Source: Ascidiella aspersa (taxonomy: Eukaryota). Taken from it: a stretch of DNA of 64,000 bases. Within the stretch, counting starts at the first letter, position 1, and every line of letters begins with the position of its first letter. The notes under the pieces were generated by a model. It saw nothing but the letters and a program-made list of their open reading frames with translations. It was not told the origin of the DNA and made no database searches. Position numbers and translations under genes: made by a program. Shown in pieces: positions 22,201-37,200 of the stretch. The stretch covers positions 10,416,001 through 10,480,000 of the forward strand of contig OZ004607.1 of assembly GCA_963924565.1 (NCBI GenBank), given 5' to 3'.

Positions 22201-25200
22201 AACGATTGCCTAAAACGGCCCATTAATAAAACAAAGGTGTGTGGTTATTCACTTTAAAACGTTGGATTTTAAATCGTGACTTATAACTCTCTTCGTAGCC
22301 GCCAACAGCAACACCATCGCGCTCGCAACAAACAAATCAACATTTGCGCTCAAGTCGGCCAGCAACAACAAATTTCTCATCGAAAATTAATCAGAGAATC
22401 CTAAAACAACCAGACATACCGAAAATCAGCATAAAACATCATTGAACTTAAACGTAACAATTCTACTCTCGTTTTACTTGCCGGCAAAAACATGTCCTCT
22501 TTTTGGGTGTTGAAAATATGATAGCCCTATTTCAATATAGCTGTTTTGTTTATTAACTCTTGGGAAAAAGTCGGTACCACATCCGGCAGCCAAACTTATT
22601 AAAGAAAACATAAGGCATCTGTATTAAAATAAACGTGTTAGGTAATTAAAATTCCCCCTACCCAATTCATACGAGCCGAAATATATTGCAAGAGAGGAAG
22701 CGATTTCATTGGCGTTTTAAAATAAGGAAATGAGGCCCGATGCGCAAAAATGACGTGGAAAGCAAGGGAATGAATAAAGCTTCCGGCTCCGTGGTCACAC
22801 GCGAAATCGAAACCACTTTGAAGGAAGAACGCCGCAAACGAGATTTTTTAACGAATATTTTTTAAGAAACTTTTTTAACATTGTTTGAAATATATTATCC
22901 CCCTTATCGTGATAAAATGTATTTTTAGGTGGAAATTTAATCGTATAGTGTTATTTAAAAATCCTGAAGGCCTGTTGCCTGTTATCTTGAAAAAACTAAA
23001 AAAACTAAAACTTTGTTTTTGCTTTTATAAAAAATAATCAACATTTCCGTTGTCTTTATTTGCAGAGGGGGGGCCGGGACAATCACAATCAGTTTAACAA
23101 TTTAAAGGGTCTCCAGAAGGCTACGTAAGCTTAAGGCCAAATACTAATTTTCACTTTTCTTAATTTCGATATGCAAAAGGAAAAAAGGATGATAAAGATA
23201 TACCTTAACTTAACAAATCTGTGTCAAGGCAGACAGCGAGAAATGTTTTGTTCAGCACAAATAACCTGTATGATTGCAAAAAGCTTAATTTATATAAAAG
23301 GGTGTCGTGTACCAAACAGTTTGATCTGTGGGGTGGATATTTTCCTACAAGCTGAATTAGCATACGGCTGTAGACGAGCGTTCTACCAACCGAGGCGCTA
23401 CTTAACTGCGGCTTTGTGGCAACTGGTTATCCCATAAAGCGAGGCACAAACCCCCCGAGAGTGGAGACACAGGGCCTGACTCAGATGGAGCGAAGTGCCT
23501 TTGCCGGTGAAGGGTCGGCACAGCTGTTGGTCTATTGCTTATTGCGCAAACCAGAAAGCACCTTCGTTTCCAACAACCACTACAGCTTTCTGCCTCAACT
23601 ACGAACGCTTCTTCCTATTGATTCAAGTGAAAGGGGCTCCTGGGCGTGCGTTTTAACCTCGTTTTCGCTTTTATTTAGATTTAACGCTGCGTGACGATGT
23701 TATTTATTCGGTGAGTTAAAACAGGATCTAATAAGTTATAGCTGCGGCTAAATTTTATGTGATTTATTCAGCAATTTGTTTCGGACTATATTTAGGCGTT
23801 TAAGGTCACATAAACGCCCCTATTTGTGCGAAACAGTGATTCGTCATCGCAGCTTCAACGTAATCTTTCTTTACTCGGATATCAATATTAAAAATGTCAT
23901 TTCAAGCCGGACATATAATTTTGTTAACAAGCCATTTTTAAAATGATCTCAGAAATGGCATTTCTTAAGCAAGTTAAGTCTAAGTTAAACAATTGGCATA
24001 ATAAACCTTGTTGAAATTGGTAAGTTCGGATCTCGAAATTTCTTTTCGGAACACTCATTGTTGCATACTGTATTTCTTAACAGGATATAATATTTCCCTT
24101 GATGTATGAACCTTTGTTAAAACCTCATCTTTCTGAAAAATGCTGTCGGCTAGCAATCCTTTTATAATAGTGAGGCTTTCTAGTAAACAATCCCTCGAAA
24201 TTTAGGCTAATATTAATCTAGTTGGCATTTACACCCGTTGGACTAATGATAATAATAAAGATGTAGAATTGTAGACCTTGACAAAAAGGAAAAATCCTAG
24301 AAATAATGAAAATGACGCTATAGAAAAGCCTGTATATGGGCTGGCTTTCAATAACCTATTTGTCACAGAACTAACAGAATTTTCTGGGAAAATCTCTCAC
24401 CTCCATTCCACGATCTTGATGCAGGCTTTCCTAAAGGGATTCTTGAGCGAGAGACAGAGCAGGGAGGTTTCAGCTTTGCCTAAATCCTGTACGGGCTTGC
24501 GCTTTCGCGTCGTGCCGTTCATGGTGTTGTACTGCTGCGTGGCAGCCTGGATCACCTTGTTCCAGTCAACGCCCCCCTGTGGGGGTCCGGGGGCTGGCTG
24601 GGGCGGCGCGGGGGCACCAACTACAACTGGTGCCGCGCACCCGGTAATAGGGGCGCCAACGGGCGGCGCCTGCTTGTTATTACTGGTACTCGTCTCTGCG
24701 TTCGGGCCTTTAACGCTTGATGCAACAGTCGTCGGCTCGCCGAGGCCGTTTGCTTTTCGCTGTTTCGACTGCGAGCTGGGCGCGAGAGAACTGGGCGGCC
24801 CCGAGCTCTCCTGCTGCTGCTGTTGCTGTAGGGGCAACTCTTCAGGGATTGCCTCTGTTTTTCCTCCAGCGACACTGCTGAACTCTTGCTGCCTTCTATT
24901 ATCGCGCTGCTGTCCGCTGCCTGCTCCGATGCTGGTGGTGGTGGTGTTGTAGTTGTTGTTTCGTAGCTGACGACCGCGCTTGGGCAACTCGTGGTCCCTC
25001 GCCTTCGGACTATCATTCTTCAGTCCTGCAACAGACACACACGGGAGGCAAGGTTAGGCGCGTGCGCAAAAGAGAAGGCCAAGAAAAAGGGCGCCCACAC
25101 TTCCATTAGGAACGCGGCCCGCTGGGGACCGCCAATTGGCCACCAAAGCTATTCGAGCCCGGTTGTGATGTGGTGCTTTAGTCGGCCGAGCCGCGCCGAT

Positions 25201-28200
25201 ATTAACCGGCAAAGTGTTGTTCGTCTTGCAACACCGCCGCATTCAACGATCAGACATAGCTGGCCTACTTGTATGTGTGCTGAGAGAGCGAACTGACTCC
25301 CTAGAACACACTTAACACATCATCAGCGGCGCCTTTTGGTTTGCCAGCGCGGAGGTTATTGATTTGAAAGGTGACGTGTTTGAAGCTGAGACTTTAATGT
25401 TTTGCCAAAATAATCATCACGTTTTGCCTCAAATGTTTACTTATTGGCGTTTAATAAAACATAATTGGCAGTTATGTCGATTTTAAGAAAGCTACATAAA
25501 ACGTTCTACTGATCATTAAATCGCAAAGTAACTGACACAGGAGACCCAAAATACAAGTGTGTAGTTTACAAATTGCAAAAATGAATGGCCAACATGAATC
25601 TAAGGTGGAGTTTTTAACAAGTGTTTGTCGGATTTTTCTTCCGAATGCCAAAGACAAACGACATTGCAAATAGACAAAGCTTTGCAGAGCAAAGCGAAGT
25701 TACTTCCCTTATTCTGGCTAATTTTTTGTACCCGTGTTACAAATTCTCACCTTCCAACATCGTAATTCTACTAATTAGTCCTGGTGTTATACATAATGAG
25801 TATCTGTCACTTTTAAGGCTTAGTGCTTTGTGGATGTTCTGAGGATCAGAAACGGTCTCTCAAAATGCTTCATCGGTATCGAAAATATTTCTACATAAAT
25901 TCTTGGACAAAAACGAAATAGTTTCGAGCTGCTAAAATGTTATAGCATAGCAGCCACCAAAGCAAAACCTTAAAAAACACTTAAACAAACATTTTTATAC
26001 CCAATTCTCTGTTTACTGACCCCTGTACAAACTAATAGAACGAAATGTCACTTTTTTAAGTTTGCAATAAAACTGTGCATGGAAACGTATATTATCGTTT
26101 GTTGTTCGTTTACGCATAAACCTAGAGAGTTTCTGTTAGGATTTGCTAACAAAGAAGTTTTTATCACTGGGCGAACTGACATCATTTTTTTTTTTAATTT
26201 AAATTCAAGAAGCGTAAACTCTTGTTTCCACTAGAAACAATATATAAACCTTAACAGACACTAGATTAGCTAGATTCACGCACAAATGAAGGTTCAAACG
26301 ACTTGTACTGTATGTATTTTAAATGCACGATGTGGGGGCAAGCGTACAAAACTTACAATTTGTTTTATCAGTTTGTCCAGGGGGTAAGTAAACACAGAAT
26401 TGGGTAAAAAACATGTTTGGAACTGCATCATTGTTAAAGGTTTGCAGACTGCAAAAACATTTTAAGAGACCAGGGCTTTCCATCTTTCGAAAGGGGGTAT
26501 GAAAAAGAGCATACATCTATTAAGTCTCTCTTGCTCTTGTTTTAAGCGACTGTTCACTTTGCTTATAAAAATTTCCCAATGCCAAACAAAACAGGTCATG
26601 TCGGAGATTGTAGCAACGCCGTACCACCAGGTCTAATTTTCCCCTCCAAAGCTTATTTTGGTTCGTGAAAACACGACTTTGTCAATGAACACCTACAAGG
26701 CATAATATAAATTGCGTCCCGATGTCACAAAAGCCAAGGCAGGACGCTCCTGTGTAATTTCGCGATGACAAGCCGATAGGCGGGCCAGCACAACAATAGA
26801 GTAAATATACAAAGGCACGAAGTATAAGAAGTCGGTATGCTAGATTTCGCAAAGCGCAGGCAAACTTGTTTTTACGCGTTTTTGCGTAGCTTTCATAACC
26901 GCTTTAAATAAAGATAAATTTATTGGGGCCCATTTTGGGCTTTTTTTTGGCAAACGTCCACGTGCCGGTTTATAAGGTGTCGGATTTCGCTTTGAGACCA
27001 ATTTTAAGGTTTAAATGTAAGATCCTATTCCCAGTATTTTTAATTTCTTTCATTTTCATACTAGTTACTTTGACGACGCTTGAAACCCCTTTATTTTAAC
27101 GAATTTTTGACTATTTCGATCAAGTTACACGAAATCGTGAGAATCAACTGAATTCAACTGGTTTTGAACCAATTCTTGACTTCGTAAAGCACAATTTTTG
27201 TTTTACTTTTTATTAGTTTGTGTGACGGCCTAAACCAAATTTATAGGTCTACAATTTTTTGCAAAAGTTAGCTGCAAAAATGCCACGAAAGCCTGGCAAG
27301 ACGCCAGAGTCTAAAATGGCCTGCGCTCTAAGGGGAGGTCGTAAGGCGACTGAGCACAAGAAAGCCAGGAGTGGTAAAGCGAGCACTGATGAACGTGCGG
27401 TCGTATCACATTCCTAGTCGCTGATGGCATGTTTTCGCAGCCTATGGCCGATTAAAGCCGCTCACCTATAAGCTTGCTGCCTGCTGCTACGTCACACATA
27501 TTACGTCATCGCGGTTCGAACTTCGAGATAGTTTTCTACCGAGGGGAAGAGGGCGTGTTGGCGCATGCCACTGATTAAGTTTGAGACCCGCTGCTGGCGA
27601 CGATTTTGTGATTGACTCAAGGTTTTTTTTATGTTTGATTAGACACGACGCCCTGTGGAAGCTTCTGGAAAAAGTAGCCTTGATGTTTTTTCACGCAAAT
27701 ATGCTTTAAAGTTAAAAAAGGATTGGTATTAAATAACGCCTACTGGCTTCGATATAATTGATCTAAGACGACATTTTTCACTGGTCTATCGTTGAAATAA
27801 ATGCCTAATATTTGAACATCACATTGAAAGGGCTCTTCTCTAAACTAAGGCGCAATGACTTCGAAAACATTTTATTGATGACATCTGGGTTACTAACCTT
27901 GTCGGACAGGGTTGGCATAATTGTAAACTTGTCAGGGAGTAATAAGTTGCTTAGCCATATAAAACGCGAAAGCACATCCCAATAACGGCATTGTATAACA
28001 CTTCATAAGACAAGTCATGTTTCCTAGACAGCTCGTTCTCCTACTTTTACAAGCATCGGTCTACCTTATTTTACAACGCAAATTCGTGGCGATTTGTCAC
28101 CTTAGCGGGTGGACTACGTTTGGTAAATCAGAGGGCTCTATTATTCTTTATTTCATTTTGTTAACGTTTTAGGCCTGATTAGCACTGTTTTAGTAGGCGT

Positions 28201-31200
28201 ATTCGATATTATTTTAATGTTCAGAGGCTACAAGCATTCGAAGTAGCCTTATGCTAAAATGTGCGCCTGTCCGAAACCATATGTCGTCATAACTGGCAAA
28301 ATGGATAAAATTACAGTTTGAAAATGTTATGATTTATTCGTGGCCTCTTAAAAATTAAACGATTTATTTGGATCCAACCCAAGTTAGCTTCTAATATAAC
28401 GCTAATACATTTGCAAATTACCATTTTTCAACAACAGTGTTTTAAGATTTTCACAATTAAACTGTCCTAATTTAAAATAATAATTTAAAGTATTTTTTTA
28501 TATTTTAAGAAATATCTTAAGCTATACAAACTGGTGTTTATTCGATGTAGTGTCAGTTTCAAGCTGGTGCTGTTTTGCAGTGTTTTGGGTGCGTTTCAGT
28601 ATGCGTTGGCACCTTGAGACGAGCACATTTCAGTTTTGAGGTCGCCTAAGCGCCACTGCGGCCACCCGAATTTGATTGGCTACCTTATTTAAGGCGCAGA
28701 CGGCGCAGTAAATCATTGGGCAATCAAGTACGGGTGACGACGGTGTCAAGCCAGCCCCTGGGCTAAACTCGTGGTTTTATAGAAACGTTAAGCTATTGGG
28801 CGGCGAGACGCCAAGACTCGACAAAATTAAAGCACGCTTCCTAATGTTAATGTCATTTTTTTGACCTCGATAGTCGGTAGCCTGGCAATTAGAAAAAGTT
28901 GTAGTTCGAACCTCATAAAACGAGCATCACAACCAATTTGAAGCTTGCAGACATAGATGGGTTGCAGTAGCCAAAGACGCATTTACATTTTTGTTGATGA
29001 TTAATGGTTTTTCACTCAAATCAAATGTACAACCGTGAACCCCAACATGAAAACGAAAGGCGCCGTGTCCGCCCAACCCTTCAAATAATAATTGAAGAAA
29101 TCAAACCTAGTTTAAAACTGCAAAAATGCGCTCCAATTCAGAGCATTTGTTTCGAGGAAAACCAGCCGCCTAAAATATTGTTGCTTGGTTGTTACCGGCC
29201 TCCCAAATAAAATTCAAGTCGTAAACTCTTAAGCTACAAAAGTTACTTGAGTGTACCTTCGAAACCGTTCGAAATACACGAAACTTCGCGTAATTCGAAG
29301 ACCTTCATTTTGTCCAATCAAACTTTTAAAGTCAAAAATGCGACCGGCGTATTGCACAATTCATTTACAACACTGAAAATGCCCGTCGGCAAAAAAAACG
29401 TCCGCCATGTTTCTCGCTTGTTGTCAAACGAACAACACGCGATAAGCCAAAGCAAATGCCAACTCAAAATGCCTAACCGGGTGTGTCAGAAAACAACCTT
29501 GTGACCTATGCGTGTTAGATTACATGCAACTTCGTGAAGCCTTCATTTTAGGCCAATTTTCAGCCTTTTGTTTTTGTGTTATAGCTTCTGACTATTTATA
29601 ACATCGCAAAAACTCCTTTTTGCAGCTTGAATTTTGTACAACCCTCTTGCCAGTCACCTTTTCTATTATGCATTTTTTACCCTGTAGCCAGTTTACAAGG
29701 CCTCTACATGGAGCTAGCTTTCACAGGCATGATATAGACCAATTTCTAGCCTTCTCCGTGATCGCAATAGAGATAACTAGTTATCTTGTTGAGCCACAAC
29801 AGTTTAAAATGGCCAAAAATAAAGGTGAACCAAAGAAAGCCGTTTTTTGGGGGGTGAGGGGTGAGGGCTGTTGTCAATCTGTAACTTGGGCGATAACAAG
29901 GAGACAACGAATAAGACACCGTAACCCTGTCCAAACACAGCAAAGGGATGCAATGGGCGTGACGTGACGGCTGGCGGAACTGCAAGTTACCCTCATCACT
30001 TTACTGATCTCAACCGTTTATATCCCTGTTTGTCGGATGTTTTCAGGGCTAGGGGAAAATAAGTGAAGCAGAGCTGAAATTCGCTGTTTTAAGTTCTAGC
30101 GAGGAAGAAAATCAACGATTTTAATTTTTTACATTGCGTAGGCGTTTTTGGTGGTGTGAAACTGTTTGCGCTAAACTTACTGATCGCAGCTTTTCAATTC
30201 TAAAACGCAAAAAACACAGAACTAGGGCGGTTTAATACCAAAGGTTAACTAGAGAGAAACAACTACAAATATGACTTAATTCAGGTAAGTTTAACAAACG
30301 GTAAAATTGGGTCAGTTGAACAACGGTTGACTTGAGGAAGAATTTAGCAAACGGCCACAGTTTTACTAATTGCCGAAATTTGGAAATTAGCGCGACCTCA
30401 TGCTTATCGATTGTCACTTAATGTCGAATAGGGGGGGGGGTCGAGCATCGCCTTTTATCTTGGCAGGATTGCTACAACCTACCTGATTTTAATTTGTCTA
30501 GTTGCAAATGTCTGCTGACTGCACAATTCGCTATTTGCTGCATGCTTATTTTAAGCAGGGAAAACAACGTGATCTATATGCTGTTAAACAACAGCATTTT
30601 TGTTAACATTCCGATCTTCTGAGGTATTCTAACAGAGCAACAGCTGAACTACCGCCAAGCAGATTGTACCCGTGAAACATAAGACTTTAACTAATTTCCA
30701 TTCATTCAAAGACTTGATCATTGCAATAAAAGCCAAATAATTTTTTTAAATGGTAATATCATTTTGGTTAAACTGTGGGAACAATACCTTATATTGAAAT
30801 ACCAAGCTGACCGATTAAAGGCAAAATGTTGTAATCATGTTAGTTTAATAAAGTTTTAAGTTTTAATGAATATAACATATTTTTTAACATTTTTGTGTTG
30901 TTTTATAATTAACTGATTGCAAGTCACAACTTATTTCAAAAAAGGCCGAATACAAATAAGAACCGCATTTGTTTCGCAGTCTACAGTATTCGATTTTTCG
31001 GTCATCTGGTTAAAAAGCAATCTCGTTAATCTTAACAAGAAAAAGGTGCCGGTAAAATACGTGGCTATCTGGCCGTGACAAATATCGATTTCTTACCTCC
31101 ATTTGTGCAGTCGACAATCAAATTAGCTCGCACGGTCCTATGCCGAGCCGTACACAGAAATTTCCAAAGCTGCACCTCTACAACTAAAAAGCAGAGCTGC

Positions 31201-34200
31201 ACAAAACAACAACGGTATTCGATTTTTTAACTTGAATTGGTTTCTTCGAGTGGTTCTCAATGTGTGTGTGGCACGATTTTGGTGGTGACATATATATAAG
31301 GAACCAAAATGTATTGACCTGTTTAATGCCCAGTTATCGGCTTAATGTATAACTAACTAAATCTGGAATCAAACGCAAAGTGTTTTCAATCTATATTCTT
31401 ATACAATTTTGTTGTATTCATATCGCATTTCACAAAACAATCCTTATAGAAACAAACGGTTGCTGTGAAGCGATTATAGCCGGACCCTAATTTTTGCGAA
31501 CCAAAAGTGTACAACGGGTCCGAAAAGTTAAGAACCACATGTAAAAACAATTGAAAGCGCATTAAATCTTTCACCTGCCTCAAATAATCACTACGACACC
31601 TTTTTCTATCCCTTTGTCTGAAATGCAAATAAAACGCTTTTAAAAAATCTGTAACCTGGTAAAAAAAAGAATTGAACCACTGATTTAAGCAGTCTCTTGA
31701 GGCATTGCTAATATGTCGCCGTCTGCAGAAGGTTGCTACACTGCACCTCGACCTTATACACCTAAAAAAACGGCGAGAATGACTAAACGTTCCATTGAGG
31801 CAAAGATTTGCGCAAAAAGGGACGCCTGGTTCTGTACATTAACTAAAGTTTAAAGTTTGTGCGCCAAAACGCGAGAACCTGCATCCTACTACAGATTATA
31901 ACATTACACCTAGCATTACGAAATATGCCTCTCCCTTTAAAACAGCAAAGCGCTGGGCGTAAACAGCTCGTGAAAGAAGCGGCGTCTGGTTCAGGAACAC
32001 GGTCACCATTTGAAACGATTGCTGAATCCGAAAGGCGTAGATTTGCCACCGATTAAACATTTTCACCTTTCCTCAACGCGACCCTGAAATCTTCACGTGT
32101 CAAATCGTGACAACTAGACCAACTTGCGGCACTCGTATTAACGGGCTGAGGCACAAAACCCCGGCAGCGATTTTCAAGCGGGAGAGACACCTCGAAGCTA
32201 CGAAGTCGACCGATCGACCTGGCCTGTGACGTCACGGACGTGCTCAGGCGTGACCGTGGGCGTCGAGGCGCGACCGAGGACCCTGAGTAGACAAATGATC
32301 GTTGTAGGAAGAGCAGACAACCCACTGCGAGGCCCTTGAGTGTTTTCACAACAGATCTGACTGTGTATCGTGCCGTGAGCTGACAACAACCTTATGTCGA
32401 CTGGCTCGGCTTTTTCTGCCATCTCCAGGACGCTTTAATTGTGGCTTTAAGCCGTAAAATTCTCCCGTCGTTGACATAGATTCAAAGCACGGGCGGATCC
32501 AGCAGGAAGTATATTATGACATCTTGAACCATTTAAAATCGAATTTATGTGCGTTAATAATATGTTTTAGCCCGTTTTAGCGAAATCCAATCAGCCAAAA
32601 CGCACTGTGCAATCCATGGCATGTTGTGGAATGTGAACTCTACTATGTGCAACTCATATTAAATTATATGACACTGTATCGAGGTTATTCAAATGACATT
32701 ATATCGAGGCTCGAGCACAATGCCAAATTCTTTTATGAGTTTGCGTTTTTTTCAATATAATATGCGAGAACGACTTCACCTCCCTCTGCAAAATCCGATA
32801 ATGAACTATATATCAGTTAGAGGTATTAAATCTAGGTTAATGCGCCGTCGACTGAACTGTGCTTGAAAATGAGCAATCGCATTGTGAAACTGCAAACGTG
32901 GGATGGCCACAGATCACGATAGTAAGTCGAATGATAAGGACATTTGATACAGTACTGGTATTCTAACAAATGGACTTTATACGACACAAACAACATTTAA
33001 AGTTTTTATTCCATTGTTATAAGATTCGCTTTCGCTGAAAACAAAGTTAGAGACAATTAGAAACTCTTTTCGCATTACGTCATGGAAGGATCACTGAATT
33101 AGCGATTCTCTACCGACACCAAGTGTTAGATTTTTTAAGTAATAGTTATAAACAAACGATTAAGCACACGCTGCCTAAAATTTTGGGTTGTCTATAAACT
33201 ACGTTCTGGTTTTAAAGCAAATTAAAACGTTCAAATTGAAATTAAACGCAAAATCGTGAAGCGTTCCTTAACAAAAAAAAGAAAAGAAAAAAGGTTGCCG
33301 TGCGTTGTAGGCTTTTAATAATAAAAACTTATTAGCGACCCCAAATATGCAAAATACATTTGCGGCGACTGTAATTTGCAAATAAGCAAATTTTGCAAAC
33401 CTTTGCATGTGAAAAGTAAAAATACCTAATTTTCATGGTGGGTTAGATTATTATCAACGTGAAAAAAGACCGCGTAACCTCGCAAACCAGACAATGCTGA
33501 TTCAAATCTATATCGATCACCCGAAAGTTAGACGAGCGACACAGAAAAAGTCAGAAGGAATAAGATACCACAGAACACATGGGCGACCACGTCAAACCAA
33601 GTACCGTGACAAGTCAAGGCGGCGTAAGTAAAGCCGAAACCCAGTGTATTCACCCCTTCCCCTAAAACCGCAACTCAGCCGAGATGTCAACGCGCCCGCG
33701 GTCTACAAAAGTCTTGGGTGACGGCCTTATCCAGCCATGGGGGTCCTGGGTGTGGCTGCAGTTGTAATCCTGATTTTAATTTGTAAACAAAACATTTAAA
33801 CTTATTGTGCTTGTTGTTGTTGAATATACGTTATAGTATAGCAAAAATTAGATAGTCACTTAGTTTTATGTTTCAACATTCTGTACTGTGGCTTAGCTCT
33901 GTTCTTAATTGGGTCGTGTATGACCGGGCGTCATTTAACGAGCAACTGACGGCGAATGGTGGAAAAGGGCTCGATGGAAATCTTGCGACACAACAGCCCT
34001 AATTGGAGTAATCGTTTAGACAAGTTTAGCGAAACCAGCTCAAATGTTTCACAATGAGATATAATACCTTATTATATGTGGTACACGAAACCCAAAGTCG
34101 TAGTTTGGGTTCGTATACGGTACTATGGCGTAGCATTGGCGCCAATCCAACACGGATTTAACCTATGTATTTTATAAATGTGGCGTTGCAAAGTGTTCAA

Positions 34201-37200
34201 ATGCATTGGTTGCTGCATATTTTGTTGAAAAACTAGGATCGCTTCTGACTGAGTTCTTTAATCAAACAGCTGACCGACATTCTCTACAGAAGGCAGGATA
34301 CGGAGTTGAAAGCTTAACACGCGAACGACAAGAACGTGAGCATACCACATCTGCGATGCTGTGCGCGAAGACATCTTTACGACCCAGTGGCACGGGAGTC
34401 TACAGGTTGTGAAGCAGCGAGAGTTTACGACGCGTGTCTGGCACAGAATCCGAAACGCGTCTTTCACACCTGGCTTTTTTTCGACAAACACCAATACAGA
34501 AACCGCAGAATTCCCGTTTCACCCTTTACACGAAATTTACTCCACAACATAGCTGCCGTTTTAACTACGAATGCATATTGTTTTACTGCCTTTGTAAACG
34601 TAATCAGTGCAAAACCTTATATTGTTAGTCCACAGTTTCTCAATGGGGTCTTTCCCGCTAGGGGGCAACCAGCATAAAACTATTACCCTTCAGTCATGGT
34701 TAACTCTGTGGCTTTCATTATGGCTTTACAGCCTCTATTATGACGTTCGGTGGCATATTGTTTTAACTTATACCACAGGGGTCACAAAAGTTGTTTGAGA
34801 GCAAGTGTTATGAGGTGACCACTCATAAAAGCTTAAAACCGCCATTATTATAAAGGCTGTCTTCCTTTGTCGTCCCGTGCCCCCTCCCCCACCCATGTAA
34901 AGCGCCCCAGGGGGTACTAAACCCCGGTTGAAAGTCCATAACATTCTGCCCCAGACCGAACGCGCTCAGAAGGATAAAATCTAAACCGCATTATAGCTAG
35001 TGCAAAGTGCGACACGGCTAAGAGAGGGTCTAACACCTGTCTACAACTCCCAACGGCATAAAGCTCTCATTAATAATAGAGGCCCGATAAATCAGCGGCA
35101 CAGTCGGCGCCTTAACTCACTTTGCCATCTGGATGTAGGAATTTACGGCCTATCAGTGGAGTTTATGCGGCTTGGCGCTTGTTCAAAACCAGGTGTTGAA
35201 AGATATGGATTTTGAACTTTGTGGTTCTCTTCTTATAAAACTCACTTGCTTAACGTATTTACTTTTATTTAAACAACATGCTATTTTTGTAAACAAATTT
35301 GTTTATACTTAATGTTTTCATAAGGTTAATAATAATTGTACAATCGTACCTTACGAAGCTTAAACAAGTTTTTAACAAACTACAGAAATCATAAATAGAT
35401 TTTACACAGTAAATGATTAATCGTTTAATGGCTTTTTTAGCTAGTTTCTATTGAATTTTTAAATGCGAATTTTCAAATCGCCCAAATGCGAATTTTGAGT
35501 CACTGTTTAAGTTTGAGTAACTGTATATCCGGTATAATTAATGGCTTCAAATGACAGCTGACAGCTAGACATTGAGATAACTAAGCTGGATAAGATAAAA
35601 TAAGTTCGAGACAGCGTCATCCTAGTTGGAAAGTAAGACAGTGAATGATGAGTAGGCTATAACTATTGTTTTCAAATACGACAAGTCATAGCGCCTTGCT
35701 ACATGCTCATTAGATAATTAAATATTTCAGAAACGTTATTGCTAAAGTAAGTAAGGTACAAGGTAAAATTAATAGAGGGTGTATCAATTTAGTTCAACTG
35801 TTCGCCTGTTAGGACTACGAATAACTTAGATACACTATGCACGGATCTGTAATGTAACTTGGTAATGAATCTTAAAGCCAAAAAGGTCGCGCAAATCATA
35901 TAAGTGAGGTTTGGATATATATTTCAGTCACATTAACTGATGATGATACAATTGTTTGTGGAAACTTCTTAAGATGGTGTCGATTTACTCGACCTTTTTG
36001 GCTTTGAGATTCATTATTAAGTTGCGCTCAAACTAGTTTCAAACTCCCAAGGAACTCATGCAGAATAGAATGAAGACAGGCACGTAGACAACGCTAAATG
36101 CAAACCGGTTCGCTGACACTTTTAAAACTTTGCACTCAAGTTTTCGTCCACCAAAATTATAAATCTAAAATTCTGAAAGAAATTTTGCCAGGCGTTAAAC
36201 TTTCCTGGGTATTTTGAAGATAGCTGTAAACACATGGCTGTAATATGACACACAGGATTGATTATGACATATAAAGACATAAAAAATTCTTAACCCTTAC
36301 TTAACAGACTTAAAAATATATTTTTACTGATTTCAGACTTAAAGTAACTGCTGAGCCGAAAACAACTTTCTAGTATTTCTCAAACGAGTAAGTTGGAATC
36401 TTCACAAAAGTGGCCAACGAAGCCTATAGGCAACTTGGGTTAAAAATGATGACCTTGTCAAAGACTATCGTGACATTGTATTGTTCTGTGCGACTGACGT
36501 TGAAGGGAGACATATGGTGATAGCGAGAAAAGTTAAAATAACATTGCGAATAAGACGTGGCAATAAAAGAGGGCCTTGAATGTTTGTCTCATGCCAAAAC
36601 GCCCGAAACGTCTTTGTTTGCTAGACAACAGTTTACAGATTGAATTTTAAACAAGACAGATTCAGTCGCGCTAAAATGGACAATTTTACGATTGTATTAA
36701 TATTGCGTGTTTAACAATACAGTGTATTACCATCAATAAAATTCTTATGTGGCTGTGGGTAAGCAATGTTACAAATGGGTGTTTTCGCCAGCCTGCCCTA
36801 TTCAGAATTATTAAACAAAATATAATGTGTCGCAAACTACTATAGTAGACTTAAGAATCGAGCAAAACTCCTTACACGGTATAAATTGCTCGTACAGTGT
36901 ATTGTGTATTGTACACCATGTTAGACCTCAAATTTTTGTCAGCAGGTAACGGTTGACTTTTTAGGGGGAAAAACTGATAAATAATGATCCCAACCTATCC
37001 CATTACCAGCTTTACACAACACTGGCGTACGACCCAGGGATGACCAGGCCATGCAACCCCCCAAATAATTTTATTTTTAAAAACAAATTCAGGATCATCC
37101 CCCAGTTCTCCCATAGTTCAGCGATTACAACAGGTTTTTTATCAATCAAAATACAAAAAAAAAACGAAGACACTTGTGAATAGATTCACGAAAAAAAACG

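Noticed and set aside
24278-24952. 224-aa plus-strand ORF
   Set aside because: Antisense shadow of GC-rich Cav1 exon 2, with a non-ATG start
31097-31183. 81/87-nt open phase-1 cassette with good splice sites
   Set aside because: Possible, but the peptide is featureless and such pseudo-exons are expected by chance in 31 kb; needs RNA evidence
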